Source: Candidatus Harrisonbacteria bacterium
Lineage (GTDB): Bacteria; Patescibacteriota; Minisyncoccia; UBA6257; 02-FULL-45-10c
Assembly: GCA_016192685.1 (NCBI GenBank)
Contig: JACPTS010000001.1
Span: 161,710 to 225,709 of the forward strand
Reading direction: 5' to 3'
DNA length: 64,000 bases
The translations under genes were made by a program, and so were the position numbers. The notes below the pieces were generated by a model. That model made no database searches, was not told where the DNA came from, and was given only the letters and a program-made list of their open reading frames with translations. Below are positions 10,437-21,382 of this stretch, piece after piece (position 1 is the first letter of the stretch; each line of letters starts with the position of its first letter).

Positions 10437-11401
10437 GATTTGCGCGCAAAAACCCCTATAATACCGCTCTTTCCGGCCGCCAACGCGCTAATAAACAAAA
10501 AAACAGAAATAATCGCCGCGGGCATAATAACAATCAGGTTAACCGCTAAATCCTTAAAATGCTTTTTATAAACATCACGCCAGGCAATCTTATGATTTAA
10601 AAAATCAAAAAGCAGATTTTTTCTTTTAGTCAAAACATTTAAAATACTTTGCACATAGCCGAAAAACTCATAAATAAAACTCCCGGGGAAAACTTTAATT
10701 TCAGAAAATCCAATCTCTTTAAGAAGTAAGTTTATTCCTTTTGGGGAAAAATGGAATAAGTGGCGAGGCACGTCCAAATGAAACCAATTTTCTTTGAAAA
10801 TTTTTGCCTGCAATGATTGAAAATTTGGAACTTCTATAATTAGAACGCCTTCCGGCCGTAAAATTCTTTTAATTTCAACTAAATACCCCCGCAAATCGCT
10901 AAGGTGCTCTAAAGAATGCCACATAGTAACCGCATTAAAAAAATTGTTTGCAAATTTTTGGCCCCCAAGATCTCCCTTATAAATAAAACTCTCTGCCCCG
11001 ATCAATAGATGCTCCGGCGGCGCCATTTCCGTCCCTACCGCTGACCAGCCGCGCGCGCGCATGCTCATCAAAAAAGTTCCGTTGCCGCAACCGATGTCCA
11101 ATAAAAAAGGCGGGGCGGTTTTTTCTTTTGCAAATTTCATTACTTCCCTTTCTCGGCTATAATTTATAAATTTTTCCACAAAAGATTTTCTGCGGCCATA
11201 ATACCTTTCATTATAATATTCAGCAATGCTCTTGCCGGGCGATTGCAATTTAATAACGGCAGAACCGCAATGAGAACATTCATAAACCGCGAAGGGCTCT
11301 AAAGAAATATAATCCCTGGCCTCAAAAGAACGACTCAAAATCGCATTTTTGCACACGGGGCAAATAAAATCAGAATTTTCCATAAATTTCATAACCATCA
11401 A
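10433..11401 (-). CDS. class I SAM-dependent methyltransferase with N-terminal Cys4 zinc ribbon
   Basis: CPVCKN...CSHCGS; LLDIGCGNGTFLMSM; LRPEGVLIIEVPN. Confidence 0.7.
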   Translation of the reverse strand: MMVMKFMENSDFICPVCKNAILSRSFEARDYISLEPFAVYECSHCGSAVIKLQSPGKSIAEYYNERYYGRRKSFVEKFINYSREREVMKFAKEKTAPPFLLDIGCGNGTFLMSMRARGWSAVGTEMAPPEHLLIGAESFIYKGDLGGQKFANNFFNAVTMWHSLEHLSDLRGYLVEIKRILRPEGVLIIEVPNFQSLQAKIFKENWFHLDVPRHLFHFSPKGINLLLKEIGFSEIKVFPGSFIYEFFGYVQSILNVLTKRKNLLFDFLNHKIAWRDVYKKHFKDLAVNLIVIMPAAIISVFLFISALAAGKSGIIGVFARKS

Positions 11402-12830
11402 TTCTTACGGCCTTTGAATAATAATTTTTCAGGGCTATAATTTCCGCCTCTGAAAACTCTTGTCCCGAAGCAAATACCAAAACATCCGGAAAGTGATTAA
11501 TTAAAAAAGAATTATTGCCTATCGCCGGAATCCCGGCCAAAGTAATTGCCTGATATCGCTTGTCAGTCCGCAAAAGAACCGAGAGTTTCGGAGAATCAAG
11601 AATTCCAACTGATTTCTGCGAAAAATTATCATTAATATAGGATGCCGTTTTAATTTCTGAAACAGAATGGAAAATCTGGGCGCCGGTAAATAATCGGGCA
11701 AATTGAATTACGATTAAAAATCCTGAGGTAATAATAACCGCTTGCTCATTATTAATTTTAAGTTTAGAAATAAATTTTCCGAATCTTAAAAAAATTTCCG
11801 ATAAAGTCCAGGGCAATAAAATAAATATTAAAAGCTCGGCTATTAAAATATATCTCAGCCAGCCCGGGCTTCGCAAATAATAAATAAAAGCTAAAAGACA
11901 ATAAAAAACAACAAAATTATAAAGGGACTTTATTTTTTTGTCTTCCGCGTAATACCAGCCGAATAAAATCAAAATAAATAAAACGCCAAAATAAATAAGC
12001 GTGGGAGAATGTAAAAAATTCAACAAATTATTAGTGACATTGGCGGTTATTTCGGAACTATAAGGATTTCTATAAAAATTAAACAAGCCAAACCAAATGT
12101 CTTTTAAAAAAGGGTTCTGCGGAACTAAAAATATCCAGCCGATAGCCGCCGGCGCCATCCCTAAAATGATTTTTAATAACCTCTGAAAAAAAATCTCCCC
12201 CTCTAAAAAGAAAGCGAAAATAATTGCCGGAAATGCCAACAAAAATACCGCTGGCTTTGTGACTATTGCCAGCCCAAGAAATAAGCCGCTCCAATAATAA
12301 GCGCTCTTATTCAACCAAAAATAAATAGCTGAAAGCAAAAAAATAAATCCCGGTATTTCTCCCACCGCCGTCCGGCCGCTTCCATAAAATGAAGCAAATG
12401 AGGCTATCAAAATAACGGATAATAAAGATTTATTTTTACCGAATAAACTTTTTCCGAAAAAATAAACAGCCAATAAAGCAATAACCATTAACAACAGCAT
12501 AAAAATTCTAACCGCCGTAAAATTATAGCCGAAAAATTTAAAGATTAATGCCAAAGCAATCGTTAAAGGGTAGCCTGTTGATTGTAAAAACTGGGGAAAT
12601 CCCGAAAATTTATCCGGCGCGATTTGGATGTCCAAAATTCCCAATCTTGAAAAACCGCGCGCCAGTTCTAAAGTAACCGTTTCATCAATCCAGATTCGCG
12701 GTTTAGTCGTTAGCGTAGAAATAGAAAAAGACAAGACGAAAAAAATAATAACGCCTAAAAATACCCGCGCGTAATATTGTTCAAGAAAATTTTTCCACCC
12801 TGCTAAATTGGACATAATTTTTAATACCAA
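11370..12830 (-). CDS. GT-C fold membrane glycosyltransferase (PMT/ArnT-like)
   Basis: DE motif in the first loop (WIDETVTLELARGF); about 12 transmembrane helices; overlaps the upstream GT2 gene. Confidence 0.6.
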   Translation of the reverse strand: MVLKIMSNLAGWKNFLEQYYARVFLGVIIFFVLSFSISTLTTKPRIWIDETVTLELARGFSRLGILDIQIAPDKFSGFPQFLQSTGYPLTIALALIFKFFGYNFTAVRIFMLLLMVIALLAVYFFGKSLFGKNKSLLSVILIASFASFYGSGRTAVGEIPGFIFLLSAIYFWLNKSAYYWSGLFLGLAIVTKPAVFLLAFPAIIFAFFLEGEIFFQRLLKIILGMAPAAIGWIFLVPQNPFLKDIWFGLFNFYRNPYSSEITANVTNNLLNFLHSPTLIYFGVLFILILFGWYYAEDKKIKSLYNFVVFYCLLAFIYYLRSPGWLRYILIAELLIFILLPWTLSEIFLRFGKFISKLKINNEQAVIITSGFLIVIQFARLFTGAQIFHSVSEIKTASYINDNFSQKSVGILDSPKLSVLLRTDKRYQAITLAGIPAIGNNSFLINHFPDVLVFASGQEFSEAEIIALKNYYSKAVRIDGYEIYGKF

Positions 12831-13563
12831 ATCTAAACAATAAATATCTCAATAAAACCGCTAAAATCGCGAAACCATATTTTATACTTCTCATAAACCC
12901 AATCATGGAAGCCTCCGGAAAATATCTGGTAATAATCGGGACCTCCCTTATCTTCGCTCCGGCAATTTTCATTTGAACTATAATTTCCGTATCAAAAACA
13001 AAATCGTCGGAATTCAATTCCAGCGGCAATTCTAAAACTTTTCTGCTATACGCGCGGAATCCGGAATGATATTCGCTTAAATTCGTACCGACAACTAAAT
13101 TTTCAAATTTGGTTAAAAAAATATTGGCGATAAATTTCCAATAAGGCATTCCTCCGGCCAAAGCATCTCTAGGAAAAACCATACGCGAACCAATAACCGC
13201 GTCCGCGCCGCCATCAGCTATCAAAGCAACCATTTTAGGAATATAGGTCGGGTCATATTGAAAATCCGGATGAACCATCACCGCGATATCAGCTCCTAAT
13301 TTCAACGCTTCCGCGTAACAAGTTTTTTGGTTGCCGCCATAGCCGAGATTTTTTTTATGGATAATAGTTTTTAATCCTAATTTTTTAGAAACTTCGGCGG
13401 TATTATCCTGACTGGCATCATCAACTAAAATAATATCATCTACCCAATCTTTAGGAATGGCAAAGAGGGTCTTTTCCAAAGTTTTAGCGGCATTATAAGC
13501 GGGTAAAACAACGATAATTTTTTTATCAGACACCATCTTACTCATAAAATAATAATACCCCAA
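12781..13563 (-). CDS. GT2 glycosyltransferase (polyprenol-phosphate sugar synthase, Dpm1/ArnC-like)
   Basis: IIVVLPAYNAAKTLEKTL...DDIILVDDASQDNT...ADAVIGSRM. Confidence 0.8.
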   Translation of the reverse strand: MGYYYFMSKMVSDKKIIVVLPAYNAAKTLEKTLFAIPKDWVDDIILVDDASQDNTAEVSKKLGLKTIIHKKNLGYGGNQKTCYAEALKLGADIAVMVHPDFQYDPTYIPKMVALIADGGADAVIGSRMVFPRDALAGGMPYWKFIANIFLTKFENLVVGTNLSEYHSGFRAYSRKVLELPLELNSDDFVFDTEIIVQMKIAGAKIREVPIITRYFPEASMIGFMRSIKYGFAILAVLLRYLLFRFGIKNYVQFSRVEKFS

Positions 13564-13742
13564 AACTCTTATTTTACCTCTCTCAAGCTATTTTAGAAGC
13601 GCCTGACTAATCCGGTTGAAAACACAAAAGGCATTTCATATTTTTATAGTATATAGTACTATATTAAAAAACAAAATAATAGGCAAAATAAAGCCTTGTT
13701 CCTTTTTGGAATTCCAAAGAGTTATAATATAAACGATAATTT

Positions 13743-14819
13743 ATGACCAACCAAGAAATCTTTAAAAGAGATATTGATTCTATTATTACTTCAATTGAAA
13801 AAGAAGCGGTCAATTTTTCCGGAAAAACTATTTTAATGTCCGGCGGCGCCGGATTTCTTGGCAACTACATTATTTCTGCCCTTTTACGGCTTAATGATAG
13901 CCTGCTTAAAACCAATCCTTGTAAAGTGATAGCTATGGACAATTTTATAACCGGGTCAAGTTTGTCCGAAAACCTTACCAAAAATCCTAATTTCCAATTT
14001 ATTGAACACGACGTCCGAAAACCGCTCCCGGAAGATTTAAATGCTGATTTTCTGATTCACGCGGCCGGCCTTGCTTCTCCTTATTATTACCGCAAATTCC
14101 CGCTGGAAACTATTGAAGTGGCAGTTAACGGCACAAAAAATTTTTTAGAATTTGCTAAAAATAAAAAAGTCCAGAGCTTATTATATTTCAGCTCTAGCGA
14201 GATATATGGCGACCCGGAGCCGCGCTTTATCCCTACGCCAGAAACCTACTGGGGCAATGTTTCCGCTATCGGGCCTCGCGCCTGCTATGACGAATCAAAG
14301 CGGCTCGGCGAAACGCTTTGCATGACCTATTATCAGCTCTATAAAGTACCGGTAAAAATCGTGCGTCCATTCAACGTCTATGGCCCAGGAATGAAAGCCA
14401 ATGATTACCGGGTAATCCCGACTTTTATGGTGAAAGCAATAAAAGAAGAACCTCTTCCGGTGCATGACCGAGGAAACCAAACTCGGACTTTTTGCTATAT
14501 TACCGATGCCACCCAAGGATTCCTGAAAGTACTGGCTTCCAATAAGAATGGGGAGGTTTATAATGTCGGTAAAAATGAAGAAGAAATTAATATGATGAGT
14601 TTAGCGGCAATAATCAGCAATTTGGCTAATAACAAAGCCCAAGCCCAATTAATCGCTTATCCGGAATCTTACCCGGCTGGCGAACCGCAGCGCCGCTGTC
14701 CGGATTTAACTAAAATTAAAAAAGAATTGAGCTATAATCCCAGCATTGACTTAAAAACTGGCCTCGCTCGCACTTTAGCTTGGTATAAAAATCTAATTAA
14801 TCAACAAAACGAGTCTTAA
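13743..14819 (+). CDS. UDP-glucuronate decarboxylase / UDP-xylose synthase-like NAD-dependent epimerase/dehydratase
   Basis: ILMSGGAGFLGNY, MDNFITGS, SSSEIYGDP, YDESKRLGE..VRPFNVYGPGM (short-chain dehydrogenase extended family, UXS/ArnA-C-terminal-like). Confidence 0.7.
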   Translation: MTNQEIFKRDIDSIITSIEKEAVNFSGKTILMSGGAGFLGNYIISALLRLNDSLLKTNPCKVIAMDNFITGSSLSENLTKNPNFQFIEHDVRKPLPEDLNADFLIHAAGLASPYYYRKFPLETIEVAVNGTKNFLEFAKNKKVQSLLYFSSSEIYGDPEPRFIPTPETYWGNVSAIGPRACYDESKRLGETLCMTYYQLYKVPVKIVRPFNVYGPGMKANDYRVIPTFMVKAIKEEPLPVHDRGNQTRTFCYITDATQGFLKVLASNKNGEVYNVGKNEEEINMMSLAAIISNLANNKAQAQLIAYPESYPAGEPQRRCPDLTKIKKELSYNPSIDLKTGLARTLAWYKNLINQQNES

Positions 14820-15495
14820 TAACCGTCCATAAAATCAAAAAGCCGTGTTTCCAACTAATTTTTTTGCCTTGTTCATAATCGCGCGGGTAGTAACGAATCG
14901 GCACATCCACTATTTTATAGCCGCGCTTTAAAATTTTGCAGATAAGCTCGTTATCATAATCAAAATTATTAGTTTCCACCTCAACTGAATCAGCGAGTTT
15001 TTTAGTAATCGCCTTATAACAGCCTTCGTATTCTTCGGCATTATTCCAATAAAGCCAATTAGTGGCCCAAGTAATCGCGCTATTGCCAAACCAATGCAGC
15101 CAATAAGAAAGCGTGGTCCGGCGAGAATCATTTGGCGGTTGGATGCGTACACCATTAGTAACTTCAGCCTCACCTCGCAAAATCGGGGCAATCATCACTG
15201 AATAATCGTTAGGGTCATATTCCAAATCCGCATCCTGGGGAATCAACAAATCTCCGGTGGCGGCTTTAAAACCGGTTTTCATTGCTCCGCCCTTGCCAAG
15301 ATTCTTTTCGTGGAAAATGTAACGGATACCTGAAATTTTCTTTATAATATCCCTGGTTCCGTCATTAGAACCGTCATCAACCACAATAATTTCCTTTTCT
15401 ACGCCAACTAAATTTACTGCCTTAATGCGGCGAATAATTTCCTCAATAGTGTTTTTTTCATTATAAGCGGGTATAATAATTGAAAGTTTAAGCAT
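14797..15495 (-). CDS. GT2 glycosyltransferase
   Basis: LSIIIPAYNEKNTIEEII...IIVVDDGSNDGT. Confidence 0.75.
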   Translation of the reverse strand: MLKLSIIIPAYNEKNTIEEIIRRIKAVNLVGVEKEIIVVDDGSNDGTRDIIKKISGIRYIFHEKNLGKGGAMKTGFKAATGDLLIPQDADLEYDPNDYSVMIAPILRGEAEVTNGVRIQPPNDSRRTTLSYWLHWFGNSAITWATNWLYWNNAEEYEGCYKAITKKLADSVEVETNNFDYDNELICKILKRGYKIVDVPIRYYPRDYEQGKKISWKHGFLILWTVIKTRFVD

Positions 15496-15523
15496 AAAAA
15501 GATTATACCAATATTAGTGAAAA

Positions 15524-16252
15524 TTATTTTTCAAGAATTCCGGCAGCAATAAGATTCGCGCGCAAAAGCGAATCAAAAGTGCCGGCATCAGTCCATTCTG
15601 ATTCTAAAATCTTATAGGACATTAAATTTCTTTTTATATAATAATTATTAACGTCGGTTATTTCCAGTTCTCCCCGCTTTGACGGCTTAATTTTTTTAAT
15701 AATTTCAAATACCTCATTGTCATAAAGATACATCCCGGTAACCGCTAGGTCAGATTTCGGCTTTAACGGCTTCTCTTCCACCTTAACCACTCTGCCCCTA
15801 GAAATCTCAGCAACTCCAAAACGGTTGGCATCCGAAACGGACTTTAAAAAAATTTTTGCCCCCCTTTTTTGTCTTGCAAACTCCCGAACTCCCCTTTGAA
15901 TCTCCTTAGAATCCATAAAAATATTGTCTCCAAGAATAACGGCGATTTTACCGTTATCAGAAAAATCATCGGCAATATCTAGGGCATGAGCAATTCCCCC
16001 GGCATTTTCTTGTACCTCATAGGATAAATTCACTCCGAATTTTTTGCCGGAACCAAGCAAATTAACAAAGTGCCCGGCATGTCCCCGGCCGGAAATAATC
16101 AAGATGTTTTTAATGCCGCATTGGATTAAAGTCTCCAACGGCCAATAAATCATCGGTTTTTTATATACCGGCAAAAGATGTTTATTGGTTACTAAGGTCA
16201 ACGGACTTAACCTGGTTCCATTTCCGCCAGCTAAAATTACTCCTTTAAGCAT
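15524..16252 (-). CDS. sugar-1-phosphate nucleotidyltransferase (RmlA/GlmU N-terminal-like)
   Basis: MLKGVILAGGNGTRLSPLT...KHLLPVY.KPMIYWPLE. Confidence 0.75.
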   Translation of the reverse strand: MLKGVILAGGNGTRLSPLTLVTNKHLLPVYKKPMIYWPLETLIQCGIKNILIISGRGHAGHFVNLLGSGKKFGVNLSYEVQENAGGIAHALDIADDFSDNGKIAVILGDNIFMDSKEIQRGVREFARQKRGAKIFLKSVSDANRFGVAEISRGRVVKVEEKPLKPKSDLAVTGMYLYDNEVFEIIKKIKPSKRGELEITDVNNYYIKRNLMSYKILESEWTDAGTFDSLLRANLIAAGILEK

Positions 16253-16324
16253 AAAAATTTATAAATTATTAATATTACCGCTCTTTTTTAAAACATTCCG
16301 GACTCAGTCAAGGTTTTCTTGTGA

Positions 16325-17668
16325 CTAATAAGATAAATCCCTGATTCTTTCTATAATCCGCTCCCAATTTCTTAATATATCAAAAACGGCATTTGTCAGC
16401 AGCAACAATGCTAAATACAGAGCCGGCTTCCAAGAAATGCGCTTAGCTAAAAATTCACTTAATCCGTAACCGGCAAAAACCGCAAAAAACGGGTAAGCTA
16501 GCATCCGATATCTGGTTTCTATTATAATACCGACTACCGCAAGCGGCATCATTACCAGCATTGCCAAAAAAATTTTGGCGAGGGTTTTTTCTTTGGCTTC
16601 TAAATTTCTAATCTGCCAGATTCCCCAAAATCCAAGAATAAAAAGCAAAACTGAATAAACCGCCGATGAAGTTAAAGTAACTGCCTTACTCCAACCAGAA
16701 AGATGGAACCAAAAACCAGTTGGCCGGGCAAAACTGAAATAAATAGAAATCCTATAAATGGTCAGTTTTAAAAATTCCCAAGGATTACTCAAGATAAATT
16801 TTATGGCATCATTAGTAGCCAATTTATTAACCTGAACTCCATTTAATCCCGATGGATAACGATCTAAAACCGAAAAATCTCCTTGTTCGCCGCTTGCTCC
16901 CGGATGGTTGCCAGTCAACAAATTAAATCCGGCGGCCGCGTTAGTTGGCGCAAAAACTCCGTAAATTTGATAATTTCTGGCAATCCAAGGCAAAAATAAG
17001 GCCAAAATAGCAATGCCTGCCAAAAATAAATGTTTCCAATTTTTAGCTGTTAAAAAATAAACGGCAATCGGGAAAAATAAAAATGCCGCCGGAGTGCGCA
17101 CTAAAGCTGCAGACCCGACAGCCAGTCCCAGCCACAAAGCCAAAACCGGGGATTTTTCCGCCGCATTATAATATCGGCAAAATAAATAAGATGTCAGGAT
17201 AATTAAAAAAATCCCTAAAGTTTCCGTCATTAACATACCCTGCATAGTAATCAAATCCGGAGAAAAACCGATTAAAACCGCGGCAGTTAATCCAATAAAA
17301 TAATTCCAGCGGGTTTGAAAAATTTCCTTAGTAATTAAAAAAATCAATAAAGCTGATAATGCGCTTAATAAAGCTTGAATAATCCAAACTGCTTCATAGT
17401 TATGGCCAAAAATATAATAAATCAACGCTAAGAAAATTTCGTATCCCGGGCCGATTCTGATAATGGAATTATCTTGCTGGATAGTAGTATCCAATGTTTC
17501 CCGATAGCCATTTCCCAAAACAATATTCCAAGCAATGTTATCGTAAGCCCCGGCATCTACCGCCGGAGAAATCTGGAAATAAAAAGAATAAGATAAAGAA
17601 ATAAAAAAAATCGCAACTAAAAATATTAATAACCAAATCTCTTGTTTTCTATTTAAAAAATAATCCAT
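16325..17668 (-). CDS. GT-C fold membrane glycosyltransferase (ArnT/PMT-like)
   Basis: 447 aa polytopic; loop DAGAYDNIAWNIVLGNGY is paralogous to the motif in ORF 171..1757. Confidence 0.6.
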   Translation of the reverse strand: MDYFLNRKQEIWLLIFLVAIFFISLSYSFYFQISPAVDAGAYDNIAWNIVLGNGYRETLDTTIQQDNSIIRIGPGYEIFLALIYYIFGHNYEAVWIIQALLSALSALLIFLITKEIFQTRWNYFIGLTAAVLIGFSPDLITMQGMLMTETLGIFLIILTSYLFCRYYNAAEKSPVLALWLGLAVGSAALVRTPAAFLFFPIAVYFLTAKNWKHLFLAGIAILALFLPWIARNYQIYGVFAPTNAAAGFNLLTGNHPGASGEQGDFSVLDRYPSGLNGVQVNKLATNDAIKFILSNPWEFLKLTIYRISIYFSFARPTGFWFHLSGWSKAVTLTSSAVYSVLLFILGFWGIWQIRNLEAKEKTLAKIFLAMLVMMPLAVVGIIIETRYRMLAYPFFAVFAGYGLSEFLAKRISWKPALYLALLLLTNAVFDILRNWERIIERIRDLSY

Positions 17669-18075
17669 TAAACTATATTATCAACGTCATCGGTAGAAGC
17701 GTGGTTAGTTTTTATCTCTAAAAAACCAAGGCCGGTTTCTTTGGCAACAAGATTTTTAACGGCAATACGCTGACGGTTAATATCTCGAATTAAAATCGCG
17801 CGCCGGCCGACTTCTTCCAGTCCCAATATTCCCTCTTTGCCTTGCCGAATGTCCGCCTCTAAATCCCAACAATTGCCATTAATTTTATGAAGTTGGTCTA
17901 TCCAATCCTGTTTTACCGATACTCCCTTCATACGGTAGTTATCTATGGCTTTTTCATAAGCTAAAAATTCCTTTTCCAAAAGGGGTTCAAATTTTTTTTG
18001 CTCTAAATTTAATCTTTCTAATTTTAACTTCAAAATAGTATAACGGTCAATTAAATCTGCGAGTGATATTTCCAT
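17668..18075 (-). CDS. hypothetical coiled-coil protein
   Basis: 135-aa ORF inside the operon (stop overlaps the next start). Confidence 0.4.
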   Translation of the reverse strand: MEISLADLIDRYTILKLKLERLNLEQKKFEPLLEKEFLAYEKAIDNYRMKGVSVKQDWIDQLHKINGNCWDLEADIRQGKEGILGLEEVGRRAILIRDINRQRIAVKNLVAKETGLGFLEIKTNHASTDDVDNIV

Positions 18076-18144
18076 AAATATGGCGCTAATCTTAATAATA
18101 TATAACTATATTCCAAATAAATTTATTTGTATACAAAAAATTAT

Positions 18145-19287
18145 CTAATTTAAACCCAAAATCTTTTTATATAATAAAAAATTTTCTTTAGCATAACTTT
18201 CCCAAGTGAAAATTGCCGCCCGCCTTAAGCCTTTTTCTATCATTTTCTTTCTAAAATCATTGTCGGTCATTACTTTAACCATTGCCTCCATTATTTCCTC
18301 AACTTTATAGGGGTCTACCAATAATGCCGCGCCTCCGGCAACCTCCGGCAAAGAAGTCAAATTAGAAGTAATTACCGGAGTGCCGCAACCCATTGCTTCC
18401 GCCACCGGCAAACCAAAGCCCTCATTCAAAGAAGGGAAAACTAAAGCAGTTGCTCCGCGATAAAAAGCGGGCGAATCCTCCAATGGTACATAATTGATGA
18501 ATAAAATATCATTTTTATATTTTGAATTCTGCGCCGTTCTCCGAACCTCATCGCCTCCATAAGAACCCTTGCCAATAAGAATTAATTTTTCTTCAATTGG
18601 CCGGGAATCGCGCAACATAATATAGGCCTCAACTAACCGCTTAACATTTTTGTGAGTTTGCATTCCCCCCAAATAAAGGAAGTATTTTTCAAAATTAACA
18701 TTGTATTTTTTAAGCGTTTGGCGCACAATTTCTTCCGGCAATGGCTTATAAATCGGATCAATACCGTTATAAATCGTGAAAACTTTTTCCGGCAAAAGAC
18801 GAAAATCATAAATCGCCTCTTTATTGCCGTATTCCGAAACCGCGATGGCCACGTCAATATAATTGTTAAAATGGCGCATATAAAAGTTAAAAAAGAAATT
18901 CGGAATCGTAAAAATATGAGGCGCCCGCTCGCCCGTTCCTCCATGAACGGTCACTACCGTCTTTTTTGCCGGCACCCGCCAGAAAAAAGGATAAGGCCGC
19001 GGCATAAGCCAATGAACAATATCAAATTTTTCTTTGGTAGTCAGACAAAACCAGATAAAAGAAAAAAAATGGGATGCCCAGGGAAGACGCAATAAAGGTA
19101 TTAAAATTTCATGCGCTTTTTCATAAAGCGGGTCATCCGGCATTTTTTTATAATGGATTAAATAGATTTCCAATTCCGGATACTTAAGCAAATTTTCAAC
19201 TAACCGCCTCGCAAAGACCGAGCGTTCCGGCCGCCGATCCATCACATCGGATATAATGGCGATTTTAATCTTTTGATTAATTTTCAT
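18145..19287 (-). CDS. GT4 family glycosyltransferase
   Basis: FPSLNEGFGLPVAEAMGCGTPVITSN. Confidence 0.8.
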   Translation of the reverse strand: MKINQKIKIAIISDVMDRRPERSVFARRLVENLLKYPELEIYLIHYKKMPDDPLYEKAHEILIPLLRLPWASHFFSFIWFCLTTKEKFDIVHWLMPRPYPFFWRVPAKKTVVTVHGGTGERAPHIFTIPNFFFNFYMRHFNNYIDVAIAVSEYGNKEAIYDFRLLPEKVFTIYNGIDPIYKPLPEEIVRQTLKKYNVNFEKYFLYLGGMQTHKNVKRLVEAYIMLRDSRPIEEKLILIGKGSYGGDEVRRTAQNSKYKNDILFINYVPLEDSPAFYRGATALVFPSLNEGFGLPVAEAMGCGTPVITSNLTSLPEVAGGAALLVDPYKVEEIMEAMVKVMTDNDFRKKMIEKGLRRAAIFTWESYAKENFLLYKKILGLN

Positions 19288-19288
19288 A

Positions 19289-20215
19289 TCACGGCTTTTT
19301 AAATATTAAAAGCATATTTTTACCGTCTTTGGGATAAAAAAATCCCAGAATTTTATTCAAAAGGACAATAAAAGGATTTTTATAATGTTCAACAAATACC
19401 CAATATAGATGATTATAAGTTTCAAAAAATATTAACTCAAAATTTAAATATTGATTAATGTCTTTAATGGTAAATCCCCTGATATTATAATATTCAACTA
19501 TATTATCAATTTTCAATCTGGTAAGCCTTTGATTAATTAAACCCTCTGCCAAAAGGCTATTATTTATTTTGGCTGTTAATTCATCTTCCTGATTTCCCTG
19601 CTTCAAAATTGTTTTATCATACTCTAAAAATCCCCTTTTTCTCAAAATATCAAAAATAGACTTAGGGTGGTATAACACATACAAAATTCTATATAACGTC
19701 CAAATAATCCAATTTTTATAAAAAAGCGCGTTGGCCTCATGGCCGATAATCAAATATCCCCCTTTTTTTAAAACACGGCTAACTTCTTTTAAAAAAAATC
19801 CGGTATCGGGAATATGATGCAGTACTGAATTCATGGTTATCACGTCCGCGGAATAATTCTCTAACGGGAGACATGTGCCGTCATAAATTTTATATGACAG
19901 ATTACAATCAAATTTCTTTTGTCCCAATTTTGTCCGGCATTGATTTAATATTTCCCGAGAAATATCGGCGCAAATCATCTCATCGTCACGTTTTAGATAA
20001 GGGCAAATAACACTGGGGACAAAGCCTGTTCCACAGCCTACATCCAAAACTATTCTTTTCTTTTCTGAATTTTTCAAAAATAATTCCGCGATCTTTTTCC
20101 ACCGCGGGACTTCCAATACAATAATTTCATCGTGGGAATGATCATAGGATTCACCGCCTAAATTATAAAAAAGCTCATTGGTCCTGCGAACTAATTCATC
20201 TGAATATTGAATCAT
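19289..20215 (-). CDS. class I SAM-dependent methyltransferase
   Basis: VLDVGCGTGFVPSVI...ADISREIL...LKKGGYLIIGH. Confidence 0.7.
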   Translation of the reverse strand: MIQYSDELVRRTNELFYNLGGESYDHSHDEIIVLEVPRWKKIAELFLKNSEKKRIVLDVGCGTGFVPSVICPYLKRDDEMICADISREILNQCRTKLGQKKFDCNLSYKIYDGTCLPLENYSADVITMNSVLHHIPDTGFFLKEVSRVLKKGGYLIIGHEANALFYKNWIIWTLYRILYVLYHPKSIFDILRKRGFLEYDKTILKQGNQEDELTAKINNSLLAEGLINQRLTRLKIDNIVEYYNIRGFTIKDINQYLNFELIFFETYNHLYWVFVEHYKNPFIVLLNKILGFFYPKDGKNMLLIFKKP

Positions 20216-20261
20216 AAATTTACTTATTTTTAATATAACTCCACGCCGATAAACGCTGTTT

Positions 20262-21362
20262 CTACCTAATTAATTCCGTAAATTTATTTATGGCATTAAG
20301 AATATCATAACGCTTAACCCAATCCTTTAAAGATTGTTTTATTTTCTCCAATTCTTCCGGTTTCTTAGAAAGAATTTCCGCTATTTTTAAGGAAAATTTT
20401 TCTGTATCGTTGGCTTTGACCAAGTAGTTATGCATTAGAGGCGGGATGATATCACGAACCGCGCCAACATCGGTCGCAACAAATGGCACGCCGGTAGCCA
20501 TTGACTCTAAAATAACATGAGGGAATCCTTCCTCGTCTGACGGCATAATAAAAACATCCGCAATGGCAAAATACCGCAACACTTCATTTTGCGGAATCCA
20601 ACCCAACATCCGAACCTTATCCCGTAATTCATAATTCCTGATTCCTAATTCTATATTTTCACGTTCTGGCCCGTCGCCGATTATAAGAATAACAAATGAT
20701 GAATTATGAATAATGAAATTTAATTTTTTTGCGATTTCCGGCAAATAATGCGCCCCTTTTCGTTTTGACAACCGATGCGCAAACAAAATCACTTTTTTAT
20801 CATTATCAATTTGCAGTTTCTTTCTCAATTCACCGCTTGTCGCTTGCCGCATGTCGCTTGTCACTTGCTCAATATTTATCCAATTAGGCATTATTTTTAT
20901 TTTTTTAATCGGGATACCGTAATATTCAGAATAATTTTTAGCTAACGACTCGGTGCCGGTCACAAAAAAACTTATTGATTTATAAACGGCTCTTTCAAAA
21001 CTTTCCCTGAAAATATTTCTTTTATATTTCCATGGTTCACCGCAATTCCAATAAAATACCCGCCCGCCGAAAACCTTTACTGCCAAAGACGCCATAAAAG
21101 CTCCTAAAAAAGAATAATGGACATAAAAGTCTTTATATCCGCGAAAACGCGCGTATAACAGATTACCCAGCATCCTAATGAATCGTATCGGCCAAAAATC
21201 ATAGAAAAAAACCTGGGTTTTCTCCGTAATTAAATAAATATTAAAATTTTTTTTAAGCTCATTTAGAAAATTGCCTAGGTAAGCAAAATGGGTGTGGTCG
21301 TTTTTTTTAAATTCCCGCACCAGATAACACAATTTGATTCTTCCCGTAAAATCTTTTTTCAT
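20262..21362 (-). CDS. GT4 family glycosyltransferase
   Basis: MPSDEEGFPHVILESMATGVPFVATDVG. Confidence 0.8.
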   Translation of the reverse strand: MKKDFTGRIKLCYLVREFKKNDHTHFAYLGNFLNELKKNFNIYLITEKTQVFFYDFWPIRFIRMLGNLLYARFRGYKDFYVHYSFLGAFMASLAVKVFGGRVFYWNCGEPWKYKRNIFRESFERAVYKSISFFVTGTESLAKNYSEYYGIPIKKIKIMPNWINIEQVTSDMRQATSGELRKKLQIDNDKKVILFAHRLSKRKGAHYLPEIAKKLNFIIHNSSFVILIIGDGPERENIELGIRNYELRDKVRMLGWIPQNEVLRYFAIADVFIMPSDEEGFPHVILESMATGVPFVATDVGAVRDIIPPLMHNYLVKANDTEKFSLKIAEILSKKPEELEKIKQSLKDWVKRYDILNAINKFTELIR

Positions 21363-21382
21363 AATAAATTCAATGCTTGAGA